A stretch of DNA of 64,000 bases from contig NC_069004.1 of assembly GCF_001194135.2 (NCBI RefSeq), positions 25,999,125-26,063,124 of the forward strand, read 5' to 3'. The notes beneath the pieces were generated by a model. That model was not told where the DNA came from. It saw nothing but the letters and a program-made list of their open reading frames with translations, and ran no database searches. The position numbers were made by a program, and so were the translations under genes. The stretch comes from Octopus bimaculoides (taxonomy: Eukaryota). Within the stretch, counting starts at the first letter, position 1; each line of letters begins with the position of its first letter. Below are positions 62,873 to 64,000 of the stretch, piece by piece.

Positions 62873-63688
62873 AGGTGTTTTTAAGTATTTCAGTCATCGT
62901 TTTAATTTTACACNNNNNNNNNNNNNNNNNNNNNNNNNNNNNNNNNNNNNNNNNNNNNNNNNNNNNNNNNNNNNNNNNNNNNNNNNNNNNNNNNNNNNNN
63001 NNNNNNNNNNNNNNNNNNNNNNNNNNNNNNNNNNNNNNNNNNNNNNNNNNNNNNNNNNNNNNNNNNNNNNNNNNNNNNNNNNNNNNNNNNNNNNNNNNNN
63101 NNNNNNNNNNNNNNNNNNNNNNNNNNNNNNNNNNNNNNNNNNNNNNNNNNNNNNNNNNNNNNNNNNNNNNNNNNNNNNNNNNNNNNNNNNNNNNNNNNNN
63201 NNNNNNNNNNNNNNNNNNNNNNNNNNNNNNNNNNNNNNNNNNNNNNNNNNNNNNNNNNNNNNNNNNNNNNNNNNNNNNNNNNNNNNNNNNNNNNNNNNNN
63301 NNNNNNNNNNNNNNNNNNNNNNNNNNNNNNNNNNNNNNNNNNNNNNNNNNNNNNNNNNNNNNNNNNNNNNNNNNNNNNNNNNNNNNNNNNNNNNNNNNNN
63401 NNNNNNNNNNNNNNNNNNNNNNNNNNNNNNNNNNNNNNNNNNNNNNNNNNNNNNNNNNNNNNNNNNNNNNNNNNNNNNNNNNNNNNNNNNNNNNNNNNNN
63501 NNNNNNNNNNNNNNNNNNNNNNNNNNNNNNNNNNNNNNNNNNNNNNNNNNNNNNNNNNNNNNNNNNNNNNNNNNNNNNNNNNNNNNNNNNNNNNNNNNNN
63601 NNNNNNNNNNNNNNNNNNNNNNNNNNNNNNNNNNNNNNGATCCTATTACCACGAGTCCGCCGCCCTAACCACTGGGCCATTGTTCCTC

Positions 63689-63719
<31 letters not shown>

Positions 63720-63895
63720 ACACACACACACACACCTCTGAGCGAGGTATAAACAATAGCCACACGACATCGTGAAGTATATTTGCCACCTAAATGTGGC
63801 TAACCTTTAAGGGTGGATGTTACCGTAGCTTGTAGCCCCAGGAAGTCATGTCCTCCAGCTGGCTGTTGACACACTATCTATGCCCTATATATATA

Positions 63896-64000
63896 GTTCA
63901 AATTCCGCCGAGGTCGACTTTGCCTTTCATACTTTCGGGGTCGATAAATTAAGTACCAGTTGAGTACTGGGGTCGATGTAATCGATTACCCACCTGCCAG
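63896..64000 (+). mobile_element. SINE family B, near consensus, cut by the window end
   Basis: AGTTCAAATTCCGCCGAGGTCGACTTTGCCTTTCAT...GATAAATTAAGTACCAGT. Confidence 0.85.

Overview
This is repeat-saturated metazoan genomic DNA from a gapped draft assembly, with about 6.6 kb of N in 19 gaps. The repeat landscape strongly suggests an octopus genome such as Octopus bimaculoides (inference): dense (TA)n/(CA)n/(GA)n/(AAT)n/(GAT)n microsatellites, very abundant tRNA-derived SINEs, RTE and R4/Dong LINE fragments, mariner relics and MITEs. Nearly all ORF-track entries are microsatellite, SINE or N-gap artefacts. Protein homology is recognisable only in transposon relics: an R4/Dong restriction-like endonuclease (5.3-5.8 kb), an RTE C-terminus (20.1-20.4 kb), three degenerate C2H2 fingers at a probable LINE 3' end (16.1-16.4 kb) and mariner transposases (35.5-36.0, 37.6-37.7, 59.5-60.1 kb). 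An unidentified spliced host gene probably runs on the minus strand from a CpG-rich, NRF1/YY1-like promoter at 56.2 kb, with candidate exons down to 8.8 kb. A weaker 4-exon plus-strand model lies inside it. The most notable structural finding is a near-intact minimal type I hammerhead ribozyme with a palindromic stem III (minus strand, 42385-42433), sense to the putative host gene. A second, decayed hammerhead sits at 17.85-17.94 kb, and a small repeat family carries hammerhead core motifs in permuted order. No CRISPR arrays, intact rRNA or bona fide tRNA genes were seen.
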